Shown: piece by piece, positions 1-10,484 of the stretch
How the letters are laid out: the number at the start of each line of letters is the position of its first letter
Position numbering within the stretch: the stretch's first letter is position 1
Assembly (NCBI GenBank): GCA_963751275.1
Contig: CAVVTZ010000007.1
Span: 384,001 to 448,000, forward strand
Reading direction: 5' to 3'
DNA from: an uncultured Gemmatimonadaceae bacterium
GTDB taxonomy: Bacteria; Gemmatimonadota; Gemmatimonadetes; Gemmatimonadales; Gemmatimonadaceae
Length of the DNA: 64,000 nt
Position numbers and translations under genes: made by a program
The notes under the pieces: generated by a model
What the model was told of the DNA's origin: nothing
The model's database searches: none
Seen by the model: only the letters and a program-made list of their open reading frames with translations

Positions 1-2
1 AG

Positions 3-2162
3 CAGGGTGGCGCGTTCAGTGAGCAGACGACGGAGCCCGCCGCCGGCGAGCGAGCGCCAGAGTTTTGCGGGCAGGAGGAGCGCGAGCGTGCCGCCTTCGC
101 GCAGCAGGTCCACCGAGCGCTCGACGAAGAGCGCGGCGAGGTCCACTTGCGCGGCGAATCCCGCGCCCGCGCGCGCGGCCGCCGCGCCGCGCTCCCAGGC
201 GGCGGTACGAAAAACCGTGAAGCGCTCGCGGAGCGCCGCACGCGCGGCCGGCGGGATGCGGTGCAGCCGCACCCACGGCGGGTTCCCGATGATCGCATCG
301 AAGCCGCCGCGCGCCGGAACGTCCGGGAAATGCGTGAGCCAGTTGAAGGGGAGCGCGCCGCCCGCGGCCAGCGACCGCCGCGCCGCCGCGATCGCACGCC
401 CCGCGGCGCGTGCGGCGGCGAGATGCGCGGTGTCATCGCGCGTGGCGCGGATCCGGTCGCCGAACAGATCGCGCCCCCGGAGCGCCGCGATCAGATCGCG
501 CCGGACGGCGCCGTTCCGCGCTGCCGCCGCATCGAGGTGGGCGAGTGCGAGCGAGCGTTCGGCGCGGTCCAGCGCGCGGTGGAGGGTGCGCTTGCGCGCG
601 CCCGTCGCGCGCGCGTATCGCTCGCGCAGCCGCTCGATCGCCGCGCCGCCGCGCGGCGGCACGCGCTCACCCGCGAACGCCGGCCCGGACAGCGCATCGC
701 CCACCCGGATGTTGCGATCGAGGTTCGGCAGCGGCGGCACGGCCGACGGGTCGCGCTCCCCGCTCTCGATCACCACCGAGAGCCAGAGCCGGAGTTCGCA
801 GAGCCAGACGGCCGTGGGATTCACATCCACGCCGAAGATCGCGCGCGTGAGGAACTCACGGCGGATCTCCGCGACCGGGCGCGCGTCGCCCAGGCGCATG
901 GCAAGGTCGGACATCGTCTCCAGCGCGTGCACGAGGAACGCGCCCGATCCGCACGACGGGTCGAGCAGCCGCACCTCGCGCAGCCGCGCGCCCAGCGGTT
1001 CGCGAGCGCCCGCCGGTACGGACTCACCCGCCAGCGCGCGATCGATCGCGCCACCGGCCACGCCGTTCCCGCGCAGCGCCGACGCCAGCGCCGCGCGCGT
1101 GACGGCCGCGACGATGGGCTGCGGCGTGTAGAACGCGCCGCTGCTCCGCCGGTCGCGCGCTGACATGAGCGACTCGAACGCCTTGCCGAGCATCTCGGGA
1201 TCGATCGCCGCCTCGCTCCACGCCGCGGAATCCTCGCGCGCGGTGAAGCGATAGCGCAGCAGCAGGCCGCCGAGCACATCGCCGAGCGCGTCGTCGGGAA
1301 AGATCAGCTTCGCGCGGCGCTCGAGCGGGGTGCGCGCGAACAGGCCGCCATTGAGGAACGGGATGCGCCCCTGCGCGCGCGCGACGGCGGCGCGGTGCCG
1401 CGGCGGCGTGTTCAGTGTGCCGAAGAAGAGCGGCAGCAGCACGCGGCGGTGGAAGTGGCCGCCGCGCTCCATGCAGCCGGTGAAGCGGTGCTCGAGGAAT
1501 CGCGGATCGCCATCGAGCCAGCCTTTCGCCTCGAGGAACACCAGGAAGAGCAGGCGGCTTAGGTCGAGGATGGCGATCGCGCGGCGGTCCTCGGCGTTCG
1601 CGCGGCCGATCGCGCCGGCGGCGAGCGAGGACACCGTACCTTCGAGCGCGCGGTAGAAGCGGCGCGTCAGCGCATCGCGGCCGAGCACTTCCAGCCAGAG
1701 CGCGTGCGCGAGCAGGTCGGCGGCCTCCGGCGCGCCGGCGAGCGCGCGAAGCGTTTCCGCATCGCTTGGCGTGATCTGCGCGCGATGGGCGAGGAGCGCG
1801 GCAATGCGGGGGCGCCCGCGCGCATCGTGTTGCCAGGCGGCGAGCGCAATCTCATCCGAGCCGGCGCAGGCGACCAGCCAGAGGAGGTGCGGCGCGCGGT
1901 TCGCCAGCCGCCCCGCGATCGCGGTGATCCGGTCGCGGAGGGGTGCGCCCGGCTCCGCGAGCACGAGCAGCGCACGGAGCGTACCGGCGCCAGCGATGAT
2001 CCGCGCCTCGCGTGCGAGTCCGTCCAGGCCCAGCGCACCGCACATCGCCGGATCGATGGACAGGGGTGCGCCGCGGAATCCCGCCGCCGCGGCGAGCGGC
2101 GTGAGCGCATCGAGGGAACCGGCGGCGGCGAGGAGATCGGCCGCGGAGCGGAGCGTGAGCAC
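3..2162 (-). CDS. N6-adenine DNA methyltransferase (Eco57I/TaqI-like gamma class), truncated by left window edge
   Basis: Absent from the ORF track because no stop lies in the window. Manual minus-strand reading from GTG 2162 gives PFLNGGLF, SSGAFYTP, LLDPSCGSGAFL (motif I), IFGVDVNP and FDAIIGNPPW (motif IV); the frame was checked at GAFYTP and NPPW. Confidence 0.88.
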   Translation of the reverse strand, partial: MLTLRSAADLLAAAGSLDALTPLAAAAGFRGAPLSIDPAMCGALGLDGLAREARIIAGAGTLRALLVLAEPGAPLRDRITAIAGRLANRAPHLLWLVACAGSDEIALAAWQHDARGRPRIAALLAHRAQITPSDAETLRALAGAPEAADLLAHALWLEVLGRDALTRRFYRALEGTVSSLAAGAIGRANAEDRRAIAILDLSRLLFLVFLEAKGWLDGDPRFLEHRFTGCMERGGHFHRRVLLPLFFGTLNTPPRHRAAVARAQGRIPFLNGGLFARTPLERRAKLIFPDDALGDVLGGLLLRYRFTAREDSAAWSEAAIDPEMLGKAFESLMSARDRRSSGAFYTPQPIVAAVTRAALASALRGNGVAGGAIDRALAGESVPAGAREPLGARLREVRLLDPSCGSGAFLVHALETMSDLAMRLGDARPVAEIRREFLTRAIFGVDVNPTAVWLCELRLWLSVVIESGERDPSAVPPLPNLDRNIRVGDALSGPAFAGERVPPRGGAAIERLRERYARATGARKRTLHRALDRAERSLALAHLDAAAARNGAVRRDLIAALRGRDLFGDRIRATRDDTAHLAAARAAGRAIAAARRSLAAGGALPFNWLTHFPDVPARGGFDAIIGNPPWVRLHRIPPAARAALRERFTVFRTAAWERGAAAARAGAGFAAQVDLAALFVERSVDLLREGGTLALLLPAKLWRSLAGGGLRRLLTERATL

Positions 2163-2239
2163 GCGACACGCTGTCGCGCCCGCGGCCGGGAACCGCCATC
2201 GACTTTATGCGCCGCGCGTCATCGCACCGCGCGGAACGT

Positions 2240-3460
2240 CTACCCGGTCACGTACCCGCGCCCCTTCCACTCCACGCGCCGGCCGCGCGCCATCGCGCGC
2301 AGGATGATGTAGAGCACCACCGCGGCGCCGAGCGGGAAGGTGAAGGCGTACAGCGGTGAGAAGCCGGCCACCGCCGCGTACATCAGCGCCCAGAACACGA
2401 TCATCACGCCCGTGGTGAGCAGTGCCCACGCCGCGAGGTTCGGGCTCACCGGGACGAAGAATTGCGCCAGCAGCATCACCGGCGGCGCAAGCACCATGAG
2501 CGGCGGCACCGGCAGGAGCATCGGGAGCACGAGCGCGCCGAGCTTGCCGCCGGGCGCCGCGTCGGGCGACGCGGTCCAGATATTCTTGGTCCAGCCATCG
2601 ATGATCTCGCGCAGCGAGGTGTACATGCGCGTCGCGAGATGGTCCACGCCGATGAGCAGCTCGGTGCGCTGGCCCATCACGAACGCCCGCTGCGCGAGCG
2701 CGAGGTCCTCCGCGGGTTTCGCGCGCACCGACGCGTGCCCGCCGATCTCCTCGTAGGAGCGGCGCGTCAGCAGCATGCACTGGCCGTTCGCGATCTTGTC
2801 CGCCGCGCGTTTCGAGTTGTTCACCTCGCCCGTGCCGCCGAAGCGCATCGCGATCATCGCGAACACGTGCGGCTGCACGACGCGCTCCCAGAACGTCTTC
2901 ATCTCCTGCCGGCCCACCACGCTGAGGAAGTCGACCGAACGGCCGCGCATCGCGTTCACGCAGCGGGAGAAGAGTTCGGGGCCGGGCGCGGTGTCGGCGT
3001 CCAGGAAGAGCAGGATCGATCCGCTCGCCGCCATCGCGCCGTTCTCGCACGCCCACTGCTTGCCGAACCAGCCGCCGGGCAGCGGCGGCGCTTCGATCAC
3101 GCGCACGCGCCGGTCACGCTCGGCGATCGCGCGCGCGAGCTCGCCCGTCTCGTCCTCGGAGCGGTCGTCCACGACGATCACTTCGATGGAGCGGTACGAG
3201 CCGCCCAGCACGCAGTTGAGACAGCGCTCGATGTTGCGCGCCTCGTTGCGCGCGGGAATGATCACCGAGAGCAGCGGCGCGCCGGGGGGCGGATCGCCGC
3301 TCTCGCCGTCGATCGTCCGGGAACCGTTCAGCCGTCCGATCATGATGAACGGCATCAGGATCCACGGGAGCGCCGCGAGCACCGGCCAGAGGGTGAGCTC
3401 CGCGGCCGCCGCCGCGAGCTTCTGCAGTGCGTCCAGCGCGAGAGCGAGAGCGGGCATCAC
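2240..3460 (-). CDS. Glycosyltransferase family 2, membrane-bound (resembles carotenoid/hopanoid GT2s)
   Basis: IIPARNE, VVDDRSED, WFGKQWAC, FLDAD, ANGQC, EDLAL, RMY motifs; N- and C-terminal TM helices. Confidence 0.88.
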   Translation of the reverse strand: MMPALALALDALQKLAAAAAELTLWPVLAALPWILMPFIMIGRLNGSRTIDGESGDPPPGAPLLSVIIPARNEARNIERCLNCVLGGSYRSIEVIVVDDRSEDETGELARAIAERDRRVRVIEAPPLPGGWFGKQWACENGAMAASGSILLFLDADTAPGPELFSRCVNAMRGRSVDFLSVVGRQEMKTFWERVVQPHVFAMIAMRFGGTGEVNNSKRAADKIANGQCMLLTRRSYEEIGGHASVRAKPAEDLALAQRAFVMGQRTELLIGVDHLATRMYTSLREIIDGWTKNIWTASPDAAPGGKLGALVLPMLLPVPPLMVLAPPVMLLAQFFVPVSPNLAAWALLTTGVMIVFWALMYAAVAGFSPLYAFTFPLGAAVVLYIILRAMARGRRVEWKGRGYVTG

Positions 3461-3527
3461 GCGCTGAAAGTACCGGGCGGGCGGGTGCCGCGCTATGATT
3501 CATGGGGCAACGATGCGTGGAGCGGTG

Positions 3528-3887
3528 ATGACGGAGCGCAGCGAAGACGACCTGGTGGCCGAGGCGCGCGAGCGGATCAGCGAGTTGGCGCCCGCCGATG
3601 CGATCGCGCGCCGCGACGCGGGCGGCGCGGTGTTCCTCGATGTGCGCGAGCTGAACGAGTGGAACCTCTTCCGCATCCCCGGCGCCACGCATATCCCGAT
3701 CGGCACGCTCGCCGCACAGGCCGCCGAGCGCGTGCCGCGCGACCGCGACGTGATCGTCTACTGCAACAAGGGGAACCGCTCGGTGCTCGCCACCGACCAG
3801 CTGCGCGCGATGGGCTGGGCGCGCGCGCATTCGCTCGCCGGCGGCGTGATGGCCTGGATGTCGGCCGGCGGCGAGCTCGAGGACTGA
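3528..3887 (+). CDS. Rhodanese-like domain protein
   Basis: LDVRE..E...RIPGA, active-site loop YCNKGNRS, LAGGVMAW; start may be 3495 or 3513. Confidence 0.88.
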   Translation: MTERSEDDLVAEARERISELAPADAIARRDAGGAVFLDVRELNEWNLFRIPGATHIPIGTLAAQAAERVPRDRDVIVYCNKGNRSVLATDQLRAMGWARAHSLAGGVMAWMSAGGELED

Positions 3888-3892
3888 CCGCC

Positions 3893-4531
3893 GTGTCCGG
3901 CGCGGCGCTGGCGCCCGTGCTCGCGCATCCCCTCGTCGCGCGCCTGGCGGCATCGCTCACCGAGCGGCCCGGCGAACAGCTCGCGCTCTCCGATCCGCTG
4001 CGGCGCGCGGCGGTGGCGCTCATCCTGCGCGCGAGCGGCGCTGGCGCGCTCGAGTTCCTGCTCATCCGCCGCGCCGAATACGCGGGCGATCCGTGGAGCG
4101 GGCAGGTCGCGCTCCCGGGCGGCCGCCGCGAACCGGGCGACGGCTCGCTCGAAGAGACCGCGATCCGCGAGACGCGCGAGGAGACCGGCATCGACCTCGC
4201 GGCGCACGGCCGGATCCTCGGCCGCCTCGATGAATTGCAGCCGAGCAGCCCGGTGCTGCCGGCGATCGCGATCGCTCCCTACGTTGCAGTGCACGCGGGT
4301 GCGGCGGTGATGACGCTCAGCGCGGAGGTGGGCGGTTCGTTCTGGGTGCCGCTCGACGCGCTGCGCGACGCGCGCTCGTGGAGCGAAGTGACGATCGAGC
4401 TGCGCGGGATGCGCCGCGAGTTCCCCGGGTTCGTCTACGAGGGGAACGTCGTGTGGGGACTCACCGAGCGGATCCTGACGCAATTCCTCAAGCGGCTCGA
4501 TCCGGCGTGGGGTAGCCCGGCGCGCGCTTGA
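3893..4531 (+). CDS. Nudix hydrolase, CoA pyrophosphatase family
   Basis: AAVALIL, WSGQVALPGG, Nudix box ETAIRETREETG, VWGLTERIL; C-terminal part of ORF 2462..4531, GTG start. Confidence 0.88.
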   Translation: MSGAALAPVLAHPLVARLAASLTERPGEQLALSDPLRRAAVALILRASGAGALEFLLIRRAEYAGDPWSGQVALPGGRREPGDGSLEETAIRETREETGIDLAAHGRILGRLDELQPSSPVLPAIAIAPYVAVHAGAAVMTLSAEVGGSFWVPLDALRDARSWSEVTIELRGMRREFPGFVYEGNVVWGLTERILTQFLKRLDPAWGSPARA

Positions 4532-5039
4532 GGCGCGCCACCTGGCGCAGGTGGTGCACGTGGTGCTTCTCGAGGAAGCGCAGCGTGTCCGCGATGTCCA
4601 TGTAGCCGCCCACGGGGTGGCGGTAGACGATCGCGCGCGCGGCCGCTTCGTCCATCCCCTCCAGGTACCCGCGGAGCGCCGCGCGCGCGTCGCCCCAGCG
4701 TTTCGCGGTCTCTGCGAGCGTCACCGAGGGATCGGGCGCCACGCCCTTCACCGGCATCTTCACGCGCACGTGCGTGAGCCAGAGAAGATCGAGCAGGCGC
4801 GCGCGGTAGACGACGTCGAGCACGGCGCGCCGCGGCACGCCGGTGACCCGGCGTTCGGTGAGCACGCGCGTGGTCTTGGCATCGACGAGCGTGAGGTGCT
4901 GCGCGACGTCGCCGAGCGACCAGGCGCCGGGCCCGGGGCGGAACGCGAGTTGCGCGGCGGCGAGCGCGGCGAGGTCATCGACGAGCGCGAGCCGCTGTCT
5001 TTCGATCGCGTCGAACCGGGTCTGCAGCGAGGGGAGCAT
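4488..5039 (-). CDS. DinB family protein
   Basis: PGAWSLGDVAQHL, HPVGG, HHVHHLRQV; ATG at 5039. Confidence 0.8.
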   Translation of the reverse strand: MLPSLQTRFDAIERQRLALVDDLAALAAAQLAFRPGPGAWSLGDVAQHLTLVDAKTTRVLTERRVTGVPRRAVLDVVYRARLLDLLWLTHVRVKMPVKGVAPDPSVTLAETAKRWGDARAALRGYLEGMDEAAARAIVYRHPVGGYMDIADTLRFLEKHHVHHLRQVARLKRAPGYPTPDRAA

Positions 5040-5183
5040 GGCCGGACGGTGGACGGGAGGGTGCGATGACGGGACGCGGCTTCCGGCGGGAAAGGAAACA
5101 TGGGCGCCCATGCGGCGACAGGGAGGGCGGGGGGCGATCCGGCGGCGGGTCGCGATGTTGCGCGGCGCGCGCGCCGTTCGTAG

Positions 5184-5199
5184 TTTAGGAGCGCCTAAA
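5184..5199. promoter_or_regulatory. Putative DtxR/MntR-family operator
   Basis: Palindrome TTTAGG-AGCG-CCTAAA in an AT-rich patch about 40 bp upstream of mntH; the operon encodes a DtxR-family regulator. Confidence 0.7.
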
Positions 5200-5238
5200 T
5201 CATTTACTAGGCTTGCATAGTTTCCCGCGCCCGCCGCC

Positions 5239-6612
5239 ATGGACCCCGTAATCGCCCCGAGCCGCGAACCTGAGACCGCCCCGCCGCCGCCGCGCCCCGA
5301 GCTCGGGTGGCGGCGCCCGCGGCTCGCCCCCAGTCTCGCCGAAGCCTACCGCACGATCGCCGTGCCGCAGGCGTCCTGGTGGCGCAAGGCGTTCGCCTTC
5401 GCCGGCCCCGGCTATCTCGTCGCCGTCGGCTACATGGACCCCGGCAACTGGGCCACGGACCTCGCGGGCGGTTCGGCATATGGATACACCCTGCTCTCGG
5501 TGGTGCTGCTCTCGAACCTCCTCGCGGTCCTGCTGCAGGGGCTCGCGTCGAAGCTCGGCATCGCGACGGGACGCGACCTCGCGCAGGCCTGCCGCGATCA
5601 CTATCCGCGCCCGGTCGTCTGGTTCCTCTGGGTCATCTGCGAGCTCGCCATCGCCGCGTGCGACTTGGCCGAGGTGATCGGCGCCGCCATCGCGCTCAAC
5701 CTGCTCTTCCATATCCCGCTCGTCGCCGGCGTGCTGCTCACCGCGTTCGATGTGCTCGTCGTGCTCTGGCTGCAGCACCGCGGCTACCGGCTGCTCGAAG
5801 CGCTGGTGGTCGGCCTCATCGCGACGATCGGCTTTGGTTTCCTCTTCGAACTGATCATCTCTCGCCCCGATCTCGCCGGCGTCGCCGCGGGACTCCTGCC
5901 GCAGACGGTCATCCTGAAGGACCCGCAGATGCTCTACATCGCCATGGGCATCCTCGGCGCCACGGTGATGCCGCACAATCTCTACCTGCACTCGTCGATC
6001 GTGCAGACGCGGAAGTACGAGGAGAGCGCGGCGGGGAAGCGCGAAGCCGTGCGATTCGCGTTCCTCGACTCCACTGTCGCGCTCACGTTCGCGCTCTTCA
6101 TCAACGGGGCCATCCTCGTGGTGGCCGCCGCGACCTTCAATCGCGCGGGGATGCACGACGTCGCCGAGATCCAGCAGGCCTACAAGCTGCTGTCCCCCCT
6201 GCTCGGCGTGGGCGCCGCCAGCACGGTGTTCGCGCTGACGCTCCTGGCGTCCGGCCTCAACTCGACATTGACGGGAACGCTCGCGGGGCAGATTGTCATG
6301 GAGGGCTTCCTCAACCTCCGGCTCCGCCCCTGGCTGCGCCGCCTGATCACCCGCGGGATCGCGATCGTCCCGGCCGTGATCGTGGCGGCGCTGTACGGCG
6401 AGAGTGGAACGGCCAAGCTGCTCGTGATGAGCCAGGTGGTCTTGAGCGCGCAGCTCTCGTTCGCCGTCTTCCCGCTGGTGCGCTTCACGTCGGAGCGCGC
6501 CAAGATGGGAGAGTTCGTGAATGCGTGGTGGATGAAGGGACTCGCGTACCTCGTGGCATTCGGGATCGCCGGTTTGAACGGATGGCTCATGTACCAGATC
6601 TTCTTCGGGTGA
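5239..6612 (+). CDS. mntH: Nramp-family Mn2+/Fe2+ transporter
   Basis: [11 protein letters not shown] and [13 protein letters not shown] signatures; about 11 TM helices. Confidence 0.95.
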   Translation: MDPVIAPSREPETAPPPPRPELGWRRPRLAPSLAEAYRTIAVPQASWWRKAFAFAGPGYLVAVGYMDPGNWATDLAGGSAYGYTLLSVVLLSNLLAVLLQGLASKLGIATGRDLAQACRDHYPRPVVWFLWVICELAIAACDLAEVIGAAIALNLLFHIPLVAGVLLTAFDVLVVLWLQHRGYRLLEALVVGLIATIGFGFLFELIISRPDLAGVAAGLLPQTVILKDPQMLYIAMGILGATVMPHNLYLHSSIVQTRKYEESAAGKREAVRFAFLDSTVALTFALFINGAILVVAAATFNRAGMHDVAEIQQAYKLLSPLLGVGAASTVFALTLLASGLNSTLTGTLAGQIVMEGFLNLRLRPWLRRLITRGIAIVPAVIVAALYGESGTAKLLVMSQVVLSAQLSFAVFPLVRFTSERAKMGEFVNAWWMKGLAYLVAFGIAGLNGWLMYQIFFG

Positions 6613-6620
6613 CCGCCGGC

Positions 6621-7073
6621 ATGTACTCGCGCATCCTCGTACCGCTCGAGAACTCGCCGTACGACGATGCGATCCTCGCCCACGTGGCGCGGCTCGCGCA
6701 CGCCTGCGGCGCATCGATCCTGCTCATCCATGTCGCCGACGGCTTCGCCGCGCGCAACATGAAGCAGCTCGAGCTGCGCGAGAGCGAGGAGCTGCGCGCG
6801 GACCGGGCCTATCTCAAGCGGATGACGACATTCCTCGAGACGGCCGGCTTCAAGGTGGACTCGGTGCTCGCGGGCGGCGACCCGGTCACCGAGATCATCG
6901 CGGCGGCCGAGCGCGAGCACTGCGATCTCATCGCGATGTCCACGCACGGGCACCGCTTCTTCAAGGACCTGCTCTTCGGCAGCGTCGCCGAATCGGTGCG
7001 CCACCGCTGCACGATCCCCGTGCTGCTCGTGCGCGGCTCCGCCGAGTCCCGCGCGATCTGGGCCGCCACGTGA
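6621..7073 (+). CDS. Universal stress protein (UspA family)
   Basis: MYSRILVPL, DLIAMSTHGH, GSVAESV...PVLLVR. Confidence 0.9.
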   Translation: MYSRILVPLENSPYDDAILAHVARLAHACGASILLIHVADGFAARNMKQLELRESEELRADRAYLKRMTTFLETAGFKVDSVLAGGDPVTEIIAAAEREHCDLIAMSTHGHRFFKDLLFGSVAESVRHRCTIPVLLVRGSAESRAIWAAT

Positions 7074-7759
7074 ACGCCGCGCCGCGCGCACCGGGCGCCG
7101 TCACCGCGCCCGTCGAGGATTACCTGAAGGCGATCTACGAACTGGAGCGCGCCGGCGATCCCGCGGGGACGAACGAGATCGCGCAGCGCCTGGCGATCGC
7201 GCCGGCCTCCGTGAGCGGCATGATCCGCCGCCTCGCGAAGCAGCGGCTCCTGGCGCACGAGCGCTATCGCGGCGTGCGCCTCACGGCCGCGGGCCGCCGC
7301 GTGGCGCTGCGCACGATCCGCCGCCACCGCGTGATCGAAGCCTACCTCACGCGCGCGCTCGGCTTCTCCTGGGACCGCGTGCACGACGAAGCCGAGCGCC
7401 TCGAGCACGCCGCGAGCGATGAGCTCGTGGACCGCATGGCCGCGGCGATCGGCGAGCCCGACACCGACCCGCACGGCGCGCCGATCCCCACGCGCGAGGG
7501 GAAGATCGCCGAACGGCCGATGCTCGCGCTCGATGCGCTCGCGCCGCGCGAGCGCGGGCGCGTCGTGGAGGTGAGCGACGAGGACGCGGAGCGCCTGCGC
7601 TATCTCGGCTCGCTCGGCCTCACGCCCGGCGCGCGGGTGCAGCTGCTGGAGCGCGCGCCGTACGGGGGGCCGCTGCGCCTGAAGGTGGGCGCGAAGGAAC
7701 GTGTCATCGGGGCCGAGCTCGCGGGCACCGTGCTCGTGGAGCGCGCCGCGGAGCCGTGA
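7070..7759 (+). CDS. mntR: DtxR/MntR-family metal-dependent regulator with C-terminal FeoA domain
   Basis: EDYLKAIY, RRHRVIE, HDEAERLEH, DPHGAPIP, FeoA-like LRYLGSLGLTPGA; GTGA overlap with usp. Confidence 0.9.
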   Translation: MNAAPRAPGAVTAPVEDYLKAIYELERAGDPAGTNEIAQRLAIAPASVSGMIRRLAKQRLLAHERYRGVRLTAAGRRVALRTIRRHRVIEAYLTRALGFSWDRVHDEAERLEHAASDELVDRMAAAIGEPDTDPHGAPIPTREGKIAERPMLALDALAPRERGRVVEVSDEDAERLRYLGSLGLTPGARVQLLERAPYGGPLRLKVGAKERVIGAELAGTVLVERAAEP

Positions 7760-8016
7760 GCAGCGACCTCCTCGCGCGGCTGAGGCAGCAGCTCGGCGCG
7801 GCCTACGCCGTGCAGCGCGAGCTCGGCGGGGACGAGACATCGCGCTTCTTCCTGGCGACCGAGACGGCGCGCGGACAGCGCGTGATCATCCGGGTGCAGC
7901 GGGGTGGTGCCGGCGCCGCGGAGCCGGAGTTCTCCGCCCTGCCGTACTCCGATGCGCTCATGCGCGAGTTGAGAGTCACGCCGGTCTCGAGCGGCACGGG
8001 ACTCAGCCGGCCGTGA
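7756..8016 (+). pseudogene. Truncated N-terminal stub of a Ser/Thr protein kinase
   Basis: First ~46 aa align by eye with the N-termini of the kinases at 49325 and 51756, but the Gly-rich loop and catalytic Lys are altered and a stop follows. Confidence 0.55.
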
Positions 8017-8023
8017 TCTGAGC

Positions 8024-8653
8024 ATGGGCGCGAGCGCCGCCCGCCGCCACACTGCGGCGTACGTGACGGCGAGCGTGATCGTCGTGCTCATCGCGGGTGC
8101 GATCATCCTGCGCGCACCGGCGCCCGATCGCGCGCGCCTCGAGACCGCGCGCCGCCTGGAGGAGCGCGTCCGGGATTTCGAGAGCGCCCGGGATCTCCCC
8201 GGCGCGGAGGCCGCCGCGCGCGATCTCATTGCGGCCGACCCCGCGGCGCCATCCGGCTGGAGCCTGCTCGGCGGTGTGCTGCTCGCCGAGCACCGGAACG
8301 ACAGCGCGATCGCGGACCTCCGCCACGCGATCGCGCTCGAGGGCGCAGAGCCGTCGGCGCCCGACCTCGCGTACCTGTCGTACGCGTTCGCGGTCTCGGG
8401 CCAGCGCGATTCAGCGCTTGCGCTCCAGCGCGCGCTCGAGGCCGACGCCGCGCGCGAGCCCGTGTCCCCCGCGGCGCTCGCGATCGCCGAGCTGGGCGCC
8501 GGCCAGCGCGACTCTGCGATCGCGCTGTTCGCGCGCGCGATCGACGAGCATGATGTGTACATGGGACAGATCTTCCCCGAGGATCCCGTGTTCGACGCGG
8601 TGCGCGCCGACCCGCGCTTCGACGCGCTCAAGCGGCGCGCGCACCTGAGTTGA
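8024..8653 (+). CDS. Membrane-anchored TPR protein resembling the C-terminal module of kinase-TPR proteins
   Basis: N-terminal TM, TPR-like helices, tail DPVFDAVRADPRFDAL similar to EPMYDNLRGEPRFQAL of the 49325 kinase. Confidence 0.65.
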   Translation: MGASAARRHTAAYVTASVIVVLIAGAIILRAPAPDRARLETARRLEERVRDFESARDLPGAEAAARDLIAADPAAPSGWSLLGGVLLAEHRNDSAIADLRHAIALEGAEPSAPDLAYLSYAFAVSGQRDSALALQRALEADAAREPVSPAALAIAELGAGQRDSAIALFARAIDEHDVYMGQIFPEDPVFDAVRADPRFDALKRRAHLS

Positions 8654-8660
8654 ACGGACC

Positions 8661-9471
8661 GTGACCGCCGCCGTCCACATCGGGACGCAGGGCTGGAACT
8701 ACGACGCGTGGGTGGGTCCGTTCTATCCCGACGGCACGCGCGCCGCCGATTTCCTCACGCTCTATGCGCGCGCCTTCGACACCGTGGAGGTCGATTCCAC
8801 CTTCTACGCGATCCCCGCGGAGAAGACCGTGCGCGGCTGGGCCGAGCGGACGCCTGCGCACTTCCGTTTCGCGCTCAAGAATGCCGCAGGAGATCACGCA
8901 CGAGCGCCGGCTGCGCGAGGTGGACGATCTACTCGAGCTCTTCCTCGACCGCGCGCACGTGCTGGGCCCGAAGCTCGGGCCGGTGCTCATCCAGCTCGGC
9001 CCCGATTTCGCGCCGACGGAGCTGCCGGCGCTCGCGCAGTTCCTGGACAAGCTGCCCGCGGACGCGCGCTTCGCCGTGGAATTCCGCCAGCGCGGCTGGA
9101 TCAACGACACCGTGATGCAGACCCTCGCCGATCACAACGTGGCGCTCGCGCTCACCGACGCACGCTGGATCCCGCGGAAGACGATGCTGTCACTCGCCGC
9201 GCGCCCGACCGCGGATTTCGCGTATCTGCGGTGGATGGGACCGAACCGGGAGATCGTCGACTACTCCCGCATCCAGCACGACCGGACGGCCGAATTGGAG
9301 GAATGGAGCGAGGCGATCCTGCTGCTCATCCAGAAGGTGAGCGCCGTGAGCGGGTACGTGAACAACCATTTCGCGGGGCATTCGCCGTACAGCGCGCGGC
9401 AACTGCAACGACTGCTGGGCCAGCGGCCGGTGGAGCCGGGCGAACTGGGTGAGCAGATCAGTCTGTTCTAA
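8661..9471 (+). CDS. DUF72 (YecE-like) protein, frameshifted near 8880
   Basis: IGTQGWNY..W...FYP and VEVDSTFY in ORF 8661; PQEITH, AVEFR, YLRWMG, YVNNHFAG in ORF 8764; removing one base joins them. Confidence 0.88.
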
Positions 9472-9477
9472 GAGCTG

Positions 9478-9556
9478 AGGGGAAACGGGAAACGGGATAC
9501 GGGAGCGAGTGGTGCCAAGAACCACTCGCTCCCGTTTCCCGTTTCCCGTTTCCCCT
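9478..9556. repeat. Heptamer-based (GGGAAAC) palindromic element
   Basis: 36-bp arms with 1 mismatch and a 7-nt loop; related copy at 12411. Confidence 0.85.
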
Positions 9557-9658
9557 GTGCTCCATTGCGCAGTCTGCAGTGAGACTCTGCAAGTGAATCC
9601 GACCGTCGTAGCGGCAGGCGACAGCCGACAGTCGACGTCCGCTGTTATCTATTCGCGA

Positions 9659-10370
9659 ATGCCCTCCCGCCGCCAACTCCTCGCCGCCCTCCTGGGCCTT
9701 GCCGCCGCGGCCGTCTTCGTGCGACTCGGCTTCTGGCAGCTCGACCGGCTGAAGCAGCGCCGTCTTGCGAATGACGTGAAGCTCACGCGCATGATCGCGC
9801 CGCCGGTCGGTCCCTTCGCCATGATCGCGGGTGCACGCCGTTGGCGCCCGGTGCGCGCGACGGGAACGTTCGACTTCGATCACCAGGTCGTGATCACCGG
9901 CGAATCCCGCGATGGCGCGCCCGGTGTCTACATCATCACGCCGTTCACCGTGGAGCCCAGCAACCGCGTGGTCCTCGTGAACCGCGGCTGGGTCTACTCG
10001 CCCGACGCGCAGACCGTGGAGCTCAACAAGTTCGATGAGCCGCCGCACCAGGTGCTGAACGGCTACGTGGACGAGTTCGTGACGGACGGAAAGGGCCCGG
10101 CGCGCACGGCATCCAACCCGAACGCCTTCCGTCGCATGGATGCGGCCGAGCTGCCGAAGGCGTTCCCGTTCCCGATCGCCATGTTCTACGTGGTGGCGCA
10201 GCGCGACAGCAGCGCCGCGCCGGCGCCCGGGGCGCCCGTCCGGCTGCCGCCGCCTTCGCTCGACGAAGGGCCGCATTCTGAATTACGCGATCCAGTGGTT
10301 CGCCTTCGCACTGATCGCGATCGGCGGCGCCTCGGTGATGATCTATCGCGAACGCCGGACGCCGGGGTAG
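9659..10370 (+). CDS. SURF1 family protein, frameshifted near 10276
   Basis: LGFWQLDR, PGVYIITP, VLVNRGWV; the conserved GPHLNYAIQWF is restored by deleting one T. Confidence 0.88.
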
Positions 10371-10484
10371 GAGATTCCCTGAGTGTACTCCCCCGCGCGG
10401 GTGCTATAACTTCCAGTCAGGACGGACGCGTTCCGCCCGCCGGCCGCGCGGTCGCGGCCCGGAACCTTTGCCATTGAAGGCACC

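Noticed and set aside
7..1163. Long Arg/Ala-rich plus-strand ORFs, and similar antisense ORFs throughout the window
   Set aside because: Shadow frames of high-GC genes on the opposite strand, with no recognisable motifs
5040..5238. yybP-ykoY manganese riboswitch upstream of mntH
   Set aside because: No recognisable conserved aptamer motifs; a protein operator palindrome explains the regulation
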